In this document: piece after piece, positions 27,880 through 40,403 of the stretch | Position numbering within the stretch: position 1 is the first letter of the stretch | Layout of the letters: every line of letters starts with the position of its first letter | Translations under genes and position numbers: made by a program | Notes under the pieces: generated by a model | Databases searched by the model: none | The model's input: only the letters and a program-made list of their open reading frames with translations | What the model was told of the DNA's origin: nothing | Assembly: GCA_002269645.1 (NCBI GenBank) | Contig: NIVC01001304.1 | Coordinates: 62,001-126,000 of the forward strand | Direction of reading: 5' to 3' | DNA from: Macrostomum lignano | Lineage: Eukaryota | DNA: 64,000 bases

Positions 27880-30120
27880 TTGGGCCCCCTAAACTAGCAC
27901 ACTCAAACAACCTCATCTCAAAATACCAATATGGTTTCAAGCCCAATCACAGCACAATCGACCAGTGTTTCAACCTTTACAACATTATAAACCAATCCAT
28001 CTACAACAAAGAAGAACTCTTTATTGGATTTGTTGACTATGAAAAAGCCTTCGATAGCTTAAACCAACCGACCCTTTGGCACAAAACAGACAACCAGGGT
28101 ATTAAAGGTCAAATGACAAACCTTATCAAGAACATGCATAAAAATGCCTGCTTCATTCTAAAAAAAGATGATGATGATGATGATGAAACCCAGCCAATCC
28201 CAATATCTAAAGGTGTTCTTCAAGGCAATCCTCTCTCTACCATCCTTTTTGAGTTATATTGACGACATTGTTGAATATCTTGAACTCTCTAGCGCTAGAC
28301 GCTCTCTTACGAGATCTGCTTTCCCACTCATCCTGCTCTTTGCGGACGATCAAGCTATTCTAGCTAAAAACAAAGACGAACTTCAAGACACATTTACGAC
28401 TATGGAAAATTACTGCAAACAAAATTACTTGAAAGTAAATGCAAGCAAAACAAAGTTTATGCTGGGCAGTACCAGACAAAAAAACGACACAGAAAGCTTT
28501 GCTACAAAAATATTCTACGACAACCAAGAAATAGAGGAAGTAAATGAATTTAAATACATGGGAATTATTTTTGAACCAAAAAACAGCTTTAAAAATGTAT
28601 TGAGCATCAAACTAAGCAGGGATATACAGCCATGTTTTCCCTACTCCACAAGGTAAAAAATACGCCCCTGGACATCACACTCATTCGCAGACTATTCGAC
28701 GCGCTTGTTACCCCCGTTATCACGTACGGCTGTGAGCTCTGGGGCCCTCTGGCTACCATTTCTGAAACAAAAGCTATTGATAACATTCAGCTGAAATTCT
28801 ACAAATATCTCCTCAATCTACCAAAATTTGCTAGTAACAGTGTGATATCATCAGAACTTGAGCTTACTCCAATCTCCCAACGAATCGCTAAAACTTACCT
28901 TACCTACTGGCTGAAGATTAGACACCAAAAACTTTGCCAAACGACACTAGAAATTTTCTACTCAAACACCAGCCAAAAAAATCCATGGAAAACGAATGTA
29001 CTGAAGAAACTGGAAAGTATAGACTTAAAAGCACTAACTGAAGATAAACTTTCCCAAAGCTTTAATAACGAGAAACACCTAGTGAAAAAGCACCTTAAGA
29101 TACACAGAGAAAGAGAACTTAGCCAAAAGCTAGAGAATCAGCAACATATTAAACTCTACAAAAACGCCTATCTCTACAAAAAAATCTGCAGGCCCGACCT
29201 TTCAGATTACTTTCCATGCACATTTAGAAACAAAAAATTCCTAACAACCCTCCTAAAACTGAAATGCGAGATTACACCCAACATTTTCTCTCAAGAAGCA
29301 TGTAAACTGTGTGGAGCGAGAAATGGTTCCGATATCCTACACTACTTGACCGAATGTCCACAAACTGAAAAGGTCAGAAAAAAATACTTCTGTCAATACC
29401 TCTTAAATGACAAGCAAGTACACAAGATAGGATATGCTACAAATGAAAAAAGAGTCAGAAAAGAGCTCACTTGTGTAGCTAAAATATATGAAGTCATGAA
29501 TAGCTAAAACAGTTATGCAAACTGAAACAGACATATCAGCAGTGTAATAAATCCGCTTTTCAGTTGCTTATTCATTTACTGTCTTTTAATTTCCTATTTA
29601 TTCGTCGTTAATCGTTAGTCGTTAAGTTCGTTCGAAGTGTGTTTATGCTCGTTTTTCACGCTTTGAAATATCACGCGCTTTCAAAAATACTATATCTTTT
29701 TACAAAAATCGTCTATTATTGAGAACAATCCTTAATTATACTAGATATTTGTTATATTGACAAAATAATATTTAACTACCTTTTCTGAATCGCATTTTAT
29801 TACTAATTTTTTTATTTACTACTACTACTACTTTACTACTACTACTACTTATTATAGAACTTAATTTCACGCAATACTTTTTTAACTCCTTGCTCTTTCT
29901 TTCACCTCGCTAGTCGTCCATAGTTTCGTCAACAAAAATTTACGCGTCCTTTCAAATACCATATTGCAAAACTCGTACTTGTAATCGTAGTAAATAACTT
30001 ATCCTAAAATATTACCTTCTGTTCCTGGACCTGAAGTAATCTTAAAATACACAGAAATATATTGGCCAAACAGGCTTCTTGCCTGAGCCAACTTACTACT
30101 ACTACTACTACTACTACTTG
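27880..30120 (+). mobile_element. 5'-truncated, frameshifted AT-rich non-LTR retrotransposon (LINE; clade not assigned)
   Basis: QYGFKPNHST.DQ, FVDYEKAFDS, GVLQG.PLS..LF, LLFADD, VNASKTK, FKYMGI, C-terminal CKLC..DILHYLTECP; (TAC)n tracts at about 29815-29848 and 30093-30119. Confidence 0.9.
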
Positions 30121-30965
30121 CTAAAGGCTTTTATCCAGCCTATGACCTAATCTCTACTCTACTTAACTTTAGTGGTCAGTATGGCCCTATGCTAGGCCCT
30201 ATATTGTAATTTAATAGTATAGGGCCTAGCATGTAATTTTTTGTAGGCCTATTTTATATTTATATATAATATTCCTAGTGCATTAGGGCCTAGTGCATAG
30301 GCAGTGATAGGCCTAGATGTCACTTGCTTGAGTTTGTGTTGAATACAAATTAGACATGTATATAACTTTGGCCGATCGGTTTTTACCGACGTTAAACTGA
30401 CGTTAAAATGTACATAGAAGGAGTGGGGTGGCTGCACACTGATGACAAGTGGAATGGGGTGGCTGACAGGGAAATCCCCAAGGCCACCACAAGGCGCATA
30501 CCAATAAAAAGCAAGGCAAACTAAGCAAATGGCGTGATTCTGCATTGATGACTCACTCGACACTCCTTACCTCTGTCTCTGTGTGCAAATACATGTATAA
30601 CTGTTTGCATTTAAATACATTGCCGACGTAAACTTTTGCCGACGCTAACTTTTCCCGTTCAAAATACATTGCCGATATAACTTTTACCGACGCTAACTTT
30701 TTCTATAAATTATATATTCTAATACATTGCCGATGTAAACTTTTGCCGACGTTAACTTTATTTTTCCCGTTCAAAATACATTGCCGACGTAAACTTTTGC
30801 CGACGCTAACTTTTCCCATTCAAAATACATTGCCGACGTAAACTTTTGCCGACGCTAACTTTTCCCATTCAAAATACATTGCCGACGTAAACTTTTGCCG
30901 ACGCTAAGTTTTCCCGTTCAAAATACATTGCCGACGTAAGCTTTTGCCGACGCTAACTTTTCCCG

Positions 30966-31733
30966 TCCCAGCCACCCTTATCCTGAGCCAAAGGTATAAG
31001 GTCACTGCACTATTCAGCCTCGACACGAGGCGAGTGACAGCTGGAGCGATTCTGAAGTCCACTGTTACACTGACGGCTCAATGAGGCATGGTCTTTCAGG
31101 CTTCGGAGCTTGCGTCTTCTTCAAGGGAGAAGAGTGTGGAGCTACTCCCAGCACACTGAACTCAACTCCAGTGTTTTTCAGAGCGAGGTGCTTGCCATCA
31201 GCTGCTGCGCGGCAGAGCTGCGCCGAAGGCAGCACTGTCGGAATCTATTTTTCACTCTGCGGTTGGTGGCAAGACCCCCTACCCCTCTCCTCTCCTGCGT
31301 AGAGCCCTCAACCGCAGAGACCTCAGCGCAGTCAGCATGGCCTTCTCCGGGCATGGCTGCTTCTCTCGCCACCGCTTCCTTCAGGGCCAAGTACCCGAGG
31401 AACGGTGCCCCTTCCCCGCTCGCCGAGCATTTTATCTGCCACTGCCCGGTTTTCACCAGGGCCAGGCTCACTCACCTCGGGCCAAACCCGGTTCTCTCCG
31501 ACGTTTGCAGGCCCGAGAGCATTCCGCTGCTCGCCCGGTACCTCAGGGACACGGGAGAGCTTATTTCTTCCCCACCGCCGGTGAGGAGGACCGCGCTGCA
31601 GGCGAGACCGACGGGTCCCGACATGGTCTCCGATGGAAGTCATGGTCTCCAGGGGCTAGCGGAATGGGCGGTCTCCTCCGCCTCCTCGCTGCATCCGCCG
31701 GACGCCCCCTGCAGCTAAATCAAGTTAAGTCAA
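30966..31733 (+). mobile_element. 3' fragment of an RNase H-containing LINE (R1/Loa/I-like): RNase H, CCHC, 3' UTR
   Basis: HCYTDGS, SVFQSEVLAI, EHFICHCP; ends in CTAA(A/G)T-like tail. Confidence 0.82.
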
Positions 31734-32229
31734 CCTCCCTGGCGATCAATTCACTTCTTGAAATCGGTCGCGCAGCGCCCGGATGTCGCTAGTGTACATG
31801 TGTACGTGTAGAACTCTGCCGATTGATTCTCCAGCCACTGGTTGGCAAGGGGTTAGGTTCCTAGAGACTTATAGCTCTTCGTTAGACTCGAAATGGGGCC
31901 CGCGGAGCGGCCGCTTATTTACATGCAAAAGTTGACAGAGCAGCTTACATGTAATTATAAAGTTAGAGGGTGCCAGGTCTGGTGAATTGGCCAGCGCCGC
32001 GTCGCCATGGATTTTATTGTGGGGGGGGGGGGCAAAGCCGGGAATTCTACATCTACATGTACATGACTGAAGTCGTACATGTACATTTTTTCAGAATCGG
32101 TGTTCTCATCGCTCATTTTTGGCGCCGAATGCATTCATTTTGGCTCCGCAGGCATTTAGCAACAGTAAAAGGTATCAAAGCAACCGGTTTAACCAAAAGT
32201 ATCCGAACTACATGTACATCTATCGGCAT

Positions 32230-33406
32230 CAAAGCGTGGTATAGCCGCTGTAGCTGGACCTGGAGCTGGGGTCTCAGGTTCTCTGAGTCTAAAACCGTGG
32301 CTATTATGTTCACCAGCCGCCGAAACTGGAGGATTGAACCGCTCTCCCTCTATGGCAAACCCGTTGCCATGGAGAAACAAACCAGATGTCTGGGCATCAC
32401 CCTCTCGACCACAGGTTGAACTGGACTCCACACGTCCAAACCAAAGCCCGCAAAGCTCTCGCGATTCTTGCGCAGATCTACAAAGCTTTTGGCGCTACCT
32501 GGGGCCTCACACCCCGTCGCCTCTGGTGGATTTACTCTGCCATCGTGAGACCGGCCATCTCCTTCGCCGGCTTCATTTGGAACAGTTCCCTAGAGGTGAA
32601 AGGGGTTCTCGATGCTCTTAGCAGGGTGCAAGGCCGCGCTTGTCGAGCTATCATGAACACGGCTCCCTCTACACCCTGTGCTGGTATGAACTCCTTCCTG
32701 GACATTCCCCCTTAACCTCTTTGTCAAAGGGCAGGCAAAGAAGACCAACCCGACCCGCCGTCTGCTTGACGCGGGTGTCCCCATCCAGAAGCAGTTCGCC
32801 TTCAGGAAGCGGAACCTCCGGCCGCACGGTGACAGCCTGCGAGACCTGGAAGCAGTAGGAAGCCTGCTGACCCTCTCGGACGGAATTCCGTCCACGCTCT
32901 GCCCTCCGCTCTAATTCAAAACCAGCATTCCACCACGCCATGAGGCTAGGGACAACCGGAAACCCCGTGAAATCCACTGCTTCACTGACGGGTCCCAAAT
33001 CAACTCCGCCTCTGGCTACGGCTACTGCATCGTGTCTGGAGGGAGAACTGTGGTGGCCTTCTTTCCAGCACATCGGCACCTGCTCCACCGTCTTCCAGAA
33101 CGAAGTTCTCGCATCAGCTCCTGCGCCATCAGCGCGTCTGGGGGAAGGAGATGATCCTCCACTCGGTCCACGCCCTTGAGCGCACACCATCACCTGCTAT
33201 CGTCCAGTCCTCGACTGCATCAGGCAGCTCAACCGCTTAGTCGCATCTAACAAGGTGTCCCTATAGGGTGGATCCCCGGGCACTCGGGCCACCCTGGCAA
33301 CGAGCTGGCCGATCGCCTGACCAAGGCTGGCTGGACCGGTTCTTTTACTGGTCCCCTTGCCCGTGGCCCCCTCCCCCAGATGCACGGAGCCCTGCTAAGT
33401 CTAAGT
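32230..33406 (+). mobile_element. RT-thumb and RNase H fragment of the same LINE type
   Basis: GLRFSESKT, RCLGITL.DHRLNW..HV, TWGLTPRRLWWIYSAIVRP, HCFTDGS, TVFQNEVLA, WIPGHSGHPGNELADRL; ends CTAAGTCTAAGT. Confidence 0.88.
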
Positions 33407-34039
33407 AAAAAATTCCCTCTAAGATGTACGTGTACACCATGGGAGAGCTCTAATCGGATCTTCACTTCCCCATCCCCATGCCGCTTCGAATCTATCTAGG
33501 AGGAAAGACATTAATTTATAAAAATTCTATTTTAGAAATTTATTTATGCGTGCGAATAACCGTCAATAAGTTGGACTAAAAATGGTTTTTGTCAAACCGC
33601 TATAAACTGCGAATATTTCAGTACCAAATTTTTCACTGACTGACTTTATGTTTGCTAACAAACGTCGGCTGTTGAAAAACGTCGCTATGCCACGCTTTGG
33701 TGCTGCTGATGTAGTTTAGACAGTCTTGGTTAGATGGGTTGCTTTGGTACCTGTTACTAAAAGAAGACGAAGAGGGTTTTAGTGTGCAGTAGTTTGTTAG
33801 TAACCTGTATTTAGTAGCAGTAGAAGGGAGCGATGTGGCATTAGATTGGTGCTATGTCCGCAGTTTTTAAATGCAAGTACATGTAAGCCTAGAGAGGGCA
33901 TAATTCTTTAACCCATTGCCGCACGCAAATGTCCGGCTGGCAAACGTCGGCTGGCAAACGTTGGCTGGCAAACGTTGGCTGGCAAACGTCGGATGGCGAA
34001 CGTCGGCTCGCAAAATTCGGCTGGCGAACGTCGCTATCC

Positions 34040-34266
34040 TGGGGTTTTTTTCGTCCATAACTTGGGTGCGATTTCGCACCCTGTGCTAGATTTCAGGGTG
34101 CGATTTTCAAGACCAGGATGCACTGCACATCCATAACACTAAATTGTGAAATCCGCATCACATCCTTGTAAAAAATTCTGGTGCACTTTTTGCACCCTGA
34201 GTCAAATTTCAAGGTGCGATTTTTAAGACCAGGATGCTATTCGCACCCATTCGCTCAAAAAACCCA
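34040..34266. mobile_element. MITE of about 227 bp nested in the foldback-like element
   Basis: Termini TGGGGTTTTTTT / AAAAAACCCA; flanking direct repeat GTCGCTATCC at 34030-34039 and 34267-34276. Confidence 0.85.
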
Positions 34267-36109
34267 GTCGCTATCCCTTCCATCGGCAATGTATTTAAAA
34301 AGGAAGAGTTAGCGTCGGCAAAAGTTTACGTCGGCAATTTATTAGAATAAAATAATTTATAGAAAAAGTTTGCGTCGGTAAAACTTTACGTCGGCAATGT
34401 ATTAGAATATATAATAATTATAGAAAAAGTTAGTGTCAGCATAATTTAAGTCGGCAATGTGGGTTAACACATTTCCCATTTCTATAAACTGAATGGGAAG
34501 AGTTAGCGTCGGCAAAAGTTTACGTCGGCAATGTATTAGAATAATATATTTATAGAAAAAGTTACCGTCGGCAAAAGTTTACGTCGGCAATGTATTTTGA
34601 ATGGGAAAAGTTAGTGTCGGCAAAAGCTTACGTCGGCAATGTATTTTGAACGGGAAAACTTAGCGTCGGCAAAAGTTTACGTCGGCAATGTATTTTGAAT
34701 GGGAAAAGTTAGCGTCGGCAAAAGTTTACGTCGGCAATGTATTTTGAATGGGAAAAGTTAGCGTCGGCAAAAGTTTACGTCGGCAATGTATTTTGAACGG
34801 GAAAAATAAAGTTAACGTCGGCAAAAGTTTACATCGGCAATGTATTAGAATATATAATTTATAGAAAAAGTTAGCGTCGGTAAAAGTTTATATCGGCAAT
34901 GTATTTTGAACGGGAAAAGTTAGCGTCGGCAAAAGTTTACGTCGGCAATGTATTTAAATGCAAACAGTTATACATGTATTTGCGCACAGAGACAGAGGTA
35001 AGGAGTGTCGAGTGAGTCATCAATGCAGAATCACGCCATTTGCTTAGTTTGCCTTGCTTTTTATTGGTATGCGCCTTGTGGTGGCCTTGGGGATTTCCCT
35101 GTCAGCCACCCCATTCTACTTGTCATCAGTGTGCAGCCACCCCACTCCTTCTATGTACATTTTAACGTCGGTTTAACGTCGGTAAAAACCGATCGGCCAA
35201 AGTTATATACATAATTAGACAAGATATCTACTTTAGTCGTTTTGAAAATTGGTCATATATAAGTTAGGTTTACCAAACTTTTTGTATCTTTTTTTAAACA
35301 TATTTGAATTTTTTGTAATGTATTTACTATTTTTCTTGGGTAGCCTATTAGTTATAGCCTAGATCTGCTCTAGGCTCTACCCGCTCTATCTACCATTCCA
35401 TCTATTTGCTAGGCCTACTTTTACTGCCCTATCTATCACTTCATCTGTTGCTCTAGCTAGGCCTTACTAGGCTTTAATTAAAAAATTTATTCACAAAAAA
35501 TTAAAAATTCTTAATTTTTATCAAGGTCACATTTTAGCCATTTAAAAAAGTGAATTTTTAGGCCTTAACAAAATTTTAATAACTTTTTATTACTAAACCA
35601 AATAGGCCCTAGTTAAAGTAAATTACTTTTTATGTTTATAATTTAAGGTTGGACAGGATCCTTATCCTGATCCTAAAATCCTGGGATCCCAAGCAAAATT
35701 GTATTCTCGTGGGACTAGGATCCTGACCCTAAAAAACACAAGAATCAGGAACAGGTCTTTTGATCAAAAGTTTATAGAATTAGTGATTACCTAAATGTAT
35801 TTTGTTTTAACTTGTATTTATTACATTATTACTTTGTTCGTTATAAAACTTTGCATCAATTTTTTGTGTTTTACTTTTTATCTTGACATTTTTTGCTCAA
35901 TTTTGTTTAACTTTATATGGACCTACAAACTACAATACACTAAAAGACCTAATCACAATTCCCTATCCCAAGAAAAAAATTATTCCCAATCCCAATCCTA
36001 TCCAAAGATTTCAATCCCATCTGACCTTTAAACACAGTGTATCTATTTTTGTTATGAACAAAACTAAATTTAAAAAAATCAAAAGCTCACTGAAGTCTAC
36101 CTAAAATAG

Positions 36110-37200
36110 AATTGTTTGTTAAATATTTTTTTGCTTGAATAATTTGATTCTTTTCTTTTTTTAGTCCAAAAATATAAAACTAATAAACAAATAAATAATA
36201 GCAGTTTAGCATCTTAAAAATATACTGATAACTAAATTGTTTGCTATAGTCAATTGCTATATCATAACATAAAAATGGGTTAGATATATACCCCACTAGT
36301 GCATTCTGGCACAATAGCAAGCAAGGGAAAAAAATGTGCCACAGTATGGCACAAGACAAAAATTGGTACAATTTAATGCAAGAAAAAAACTTCTGATAAG
36401 ATAATATTTTCATTGACAGAAAATTAGCATGTAATTTCTTTTTATTAGCACTTTTTGTCTGCTAGTATATTGGTGGCTTTTTTAATTAAATTTAACTAAA
36501 CATTGCATTTTCTATAAAACAGATTCAAAAAAAGTTTTTTATTTATCAAATAAAAAATTAATAATTTTTGAATTTAAAAAAAAGTTGGTGTAAACTTTTT
36601 TGATAGGATTTGTTATGGCACATTGGGCAATTAAACTTTTTTGATAGCCAATAGGATTTGTTCCAGCACAGGCATGCCATGATCTTGATTATAGAAACAG
36701 GGTAATAGTGTGCAACCAAAGGTGTAAAAAGTGTGATAGTGTAAAAAGGAAGTTACCAAAAACTTTTTATGGGAATAGCCATCTCCACAAAAGTAAGCAA
36801 TGTCTTAACTTGAATCCCAAAATTAGTAGCTTGGGAGCTAATTTTTCAATCTAAATTCTCAAATGCATCTCCCTTTAAAGGTCTCTCTACACACATTGTT
36901 AAAACCTTTTGACCAGACATATTTATGCTTTGTGCGTATAAAACTGATACTATTTTAAGAATACCTATGATATCAATATATAAATTCAAATACTATAAAG
37001 ATATGTTCTAGATAAAATTGCCTAGCCACACTATTACTGAACATTAAAGTAGTACTTTTGTGTTATGATCTGGTGATTGACTATAACAAACAATTTAGTT
37101 AGTAGTATATGTTAAACTATTAATTTATTCACTTTTTCATATTTTGGACTATAAAAATAGAAAGGAATCAAATTCAAGCAAAGAATAATTTAATAAATAA
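36110..37200. mobile_element. Old AT-rich element with about 150-bp imperfect inverted arms
   Basis: 36120-36268 aligns by eye with the reverse complement of 37061-37195 (shared TTGCTTGAAT, TTTGATTC, AGTCCAAAA, AACTAAATTGTTTG.TATAGTCAAT, ATCATAACA); no TSD found. Confidence 0.6.
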
Positions 37201-38454
37201 ACTCATTATTACTTTTCTAAGTTTAATGTCAAAATAATTTAATATAGAAAACTAGAACATTGCCACCAAAACCTTGTAACCATAGAAATGTTAGCCTTAG
37301 ACTTAAAATACGTAGGAGGATTGTAAAAAATGTTTTTGCCATTTTGCCATATCTAATACCTTTTTAATTTCTTTTCCTCTTGAAATAAACATAGTTTAGC
37401 ATATTAGAAATTGTTTTCTGATTGGGGGCAACAATTCTAACCTATTGAAAAAGTAAAGACAATGAGAATTTTGTCAAAATTTCAATTATATCTCATATCT
37501 AAGATTAGTTAATTATGAAAAAATTAGTTTTATATTTTGAATTTGCATTTTATAATGACTTTAAAAAGCCCTTATTTTTAGAAATGTCAGTTTTTAAACT
37601 TGTCTTTTTATAAAACAGTTTTGAAAATGTCTAACTATACTCATTGCTGGAAGCACATGGTATATGTATTTAATATCTAGCCCTATTTTATTTAGCTGAC
37701 CTTAACCAATAGACCTGCATCTTCTTGTCTAATGAAATTTGCTCAGACCAAATGCCAACCCCACCTCTCTGAGTTTGTGGCAATCAGTGCTCCCAAATCC
37801 ATGTTCCATAAACTTGATTCTTATTGTTTCACATACATGCGCAACAGTCGGTTGGCCGATCTGGCTAACCAATTTGGCAGCCAACCAAGGAAATCACAAA
37901 AATGCCCACCTGAATTAATACCCAAGTAGTACTTAAGTAGATGACGAGGCATTTTGCCTTAATAAGACAGTCATAGTTACTCCTGCCGTTTACCCAAAGT
38001 TGCGTTATTTTTGCTTTAGGGTTTTTTATACATGTAAGTCGCATTTTTAGTCAAAAACTATGTCGCATTTTTTGTTAAAACTAAGTTGCACGGCCGACCG
38101 AATTTTGGAGGTTGCGCATGTATGATGTTTTACTTCTCCTAAAGCCTCAGTACTCAATCTGAGTACAATGTGCTTTCAACTTGGCTCTCTTAAATTTTTA
38201 CTTAGTAACAATGAATAGTTCTAAATTAAGGGCAATAGTCAATATTTAATTTTATACTAGGCTAATGCATTATGACCAACTGACTGGAGCCTATATTCCT
38301 TTCAGTTTGCAGTTGCAGCAGTTGTCTCCCTCAATTGCAGTTCATTCTTCCGCCCATTGGCATCTAGCACTGAGCACTCAGCAGCACTCTCCCGCCCTGC
38401 CCCTATACCATAGTCACTGAATCTCGCATTCTTCAAAGTTATCTCCAATCATCA

Positions 38455-38592
38455 ATGGGCAACTCGGACAGTCGATCTCGGACACCGTCCGCCCGCATGG
38501 ACGATGGCGGCCAGCTGCCCGGCGGGGGTCCGCGCCGCGGCGGCTCTCTGGACCTGCCTGACGAGGCTGTTGATTATCCTGCGCTGATCAAG
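38455..38592 (+). CDS. PRKAB: AMP-activated protein kinase beta subunit, exon 1
   Basis: MGNSDS myristoylation-type start; AAG|GTGAGC donor, phase 0. Confidence 0.85.
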
Positions 38593-39365
38593 GTGAGCCT
38601 GGCCTGGGGCCTCTGTGCTGCTTGGCCTACTGACGAGTAGCGAGAGACGAATGTGAAACGAATTTCTCTGGGCACTGGTAGTTAAACACGAGGGTAAAAT
38701 CGTTAATGTCGTTTGTAAGGCCCATCCGCCATTGGCAGATAAAGAATTGGCAGATTGTCATTTGTCACTCTATTATGTTTTGGGGATCGAGACGAGTGAT
38801 GCCAAATATGTGATCTGCGCATCAATATGAAATATACATCATTTAAAGCTAGAAATAAAATTATGAAAGGTAATAAAAATTGCTATCTGTTGTTTGAAAA
38901 ACAAACAAAGGCCTGAGCGCCAACATAGCCGACTAAATCCGGGGCGCCGGCGTCAGCCAGCGGGCAGTGGACGAAACGGCGAGTGCGCGCCTGTCTTCGG
39001 CGGTAGGGTGCCTGCAGCGTCAGCGGGGATGATGTGGCCTGCCAGCCGGAGTCGCTGAGGGCGCAGCAGGTCGCTTTGATAAACGAGGCCGGTGCGACGA
39101 TGCAGTGCCGTGTTGGTCACTCGCTCTTCCGCTCGATCTTGAAGGCTGCGCTAAGCTGGCGAGCGGCCGCCGCGGCAGCTTGCCGTTCGGACGAGTCCGT
39201 GAGCGTACAGGTCTCGGCCACGTCAGCATAGTGGCGGACAGATCGTTAATGCCATTTGGCATAACACCGGGGAACCGCAGCAGCCAGTTCCGATTTCTAG
39301 AGCATTATTTGAAGGCATATGCTCGCCAGGATGCAGCCAGAGTATTTTTAATTTAATCCCCTCAG

Positions 39366-39547
39366 CAAAGCAGCGTGGAGCAGGAATACGGATTTCGCAT
39401 TCGGGCCGAGACGATCAGCGAGCAGCCGGGCGATCACGTGACGGCCAGCAAGCTGCCCACCGTGTTCAAATGGAGCGGCGCTGGCAAGGAGGTCTTTCTT
39501 AGCGGCAGCTTCAACAACTGGCAGGCCAAGATCCCCCTGGTGAAGAG
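39366..39547 (+). CDS. PRKAB: AMPK beta subunit, exon 2 (carbohydrate-binding module, N-part)
   Basis: LPTVFKWSGAGKEVFLSGSFNNW..KIPLVK; CCCCTCAG acceptor; AG|GTGGGA donor, phase 2. Confidence 0.93.
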
Positions 39548-39589
39548 GTGGGAAAACATTGAGGGAATGGCCGTGCCTTGGCGTTTGGT

Positions 39590-40222
39590 TGGACATCGTG
39601 ACCCCAGGGAATCCGGGTTGGGACATCATGACCCCGGGGAATCCGGGTTGGGACATCATGACCCCGGGGAATCCGGGTGGGGACATCATGACCCCGGGGA
39701 ATCCTGATTGGGACATCATGACCCCGGGTAATCCTGATTGGGACATCATGACCACGGGGAATCCGGGTGGGGACATCATGACCCCGGGGAATCCGGGTGT
39801 GGACATCATGACCCCGGGGAATCCGGGTGTGGACATCATGACCCCGGGGAATCCTGATTGGGACATCATGACCCCGGGGAATCCGGGTGGGGACATCATG
39901 ACCCCGGGGAATCCGGGTGGGGACATCATGACCCCGGGGAATCCTGATTGGGACATCATGACCCCGGGGAATCCGGGTGGGGACATCATGACCCCGGGGA
40001 ATCCGGGTGGGGACATCATGACCCCGGGGAATCCGGGTGTGGACATCATGACCCCGGGGAATCCTGATTGGGACATCATGACCCCGGGGAATCCGGGTGG
40101 GGACATCATGACCCCGGGGAATCCTGATTGGGACATCATGACCCCGGGGAATCCGGGTGGGGACATCATGACCCCGGGGAATTCGGGTGGGGACATCATG
40201 GCCCCAGGGAATTCAGGTGGGC
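39590..40222. repeat. 30-bp minisatellite (GGGACATCATGACCCCGGGGAATCCGGGTG-like) in AMPK beta intron 2
   Basis: Tandem units; 10-aa periodic ORFs on both strands. Confidence 0.96.
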
Positions 40223-40309
40223 ATCCCATCTTGGCCAGCTACTCAAACCCTGTTTCAGCTGCAGTAGTCAGTATTACAGTACTCGCACTGCATTCCCGCC
40301 CAATTGCAG

Positions 40310-40403
40310 CCAGGACCACTTCTACACCATTGTGGACTTGCCCGAGGGCGAGCACGAGTACCAGTTTATTGTTGACGGCAAGTGGCAGGCCAATCCGAAA
40401 GAG
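40310..40403 (+). CDS. PRKAB: AMPK beta subunit, exon 3
   Basis: SQDHFYTIVDLPEGEHEYQFIVDGKW; TTGCAG acceptor; GAG|GTAAGT donor. Confidence 0.93.

Larger units (their letters stand above)
30356..35212. mobile_element. Foldback-like DNA transposon with long modular TIRs and 8-bp TSD
   Basis: About 610-bp near-identical inverted arms 30356-30965 and 34603-35212, each with a unique outer part and about 49-bp tandem inner modules; AATTAGAC at 30348-30355 and 35213-35220. Confidence 0.92.

Noticed and set aside
31655-31725. HDV-ribozyme-like words (GCCTCCTCGCTG, GCGGAATGGG, GCTAA)
   Set aside because: Order is permuted relative to HDV and I could not build P1, P2, P3 and P4 in the nested double-pseudoknot topology; a simple nested stem fits better. 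An RNArobo/Infernal HDV search or a cleavage assay would settle it
30249-35214. Duplicated MSSESSMQNHAIC.. ORFs on opposite strands
   Set aside because: They reflect the inverted arms of the foldback-like element; no coding signature
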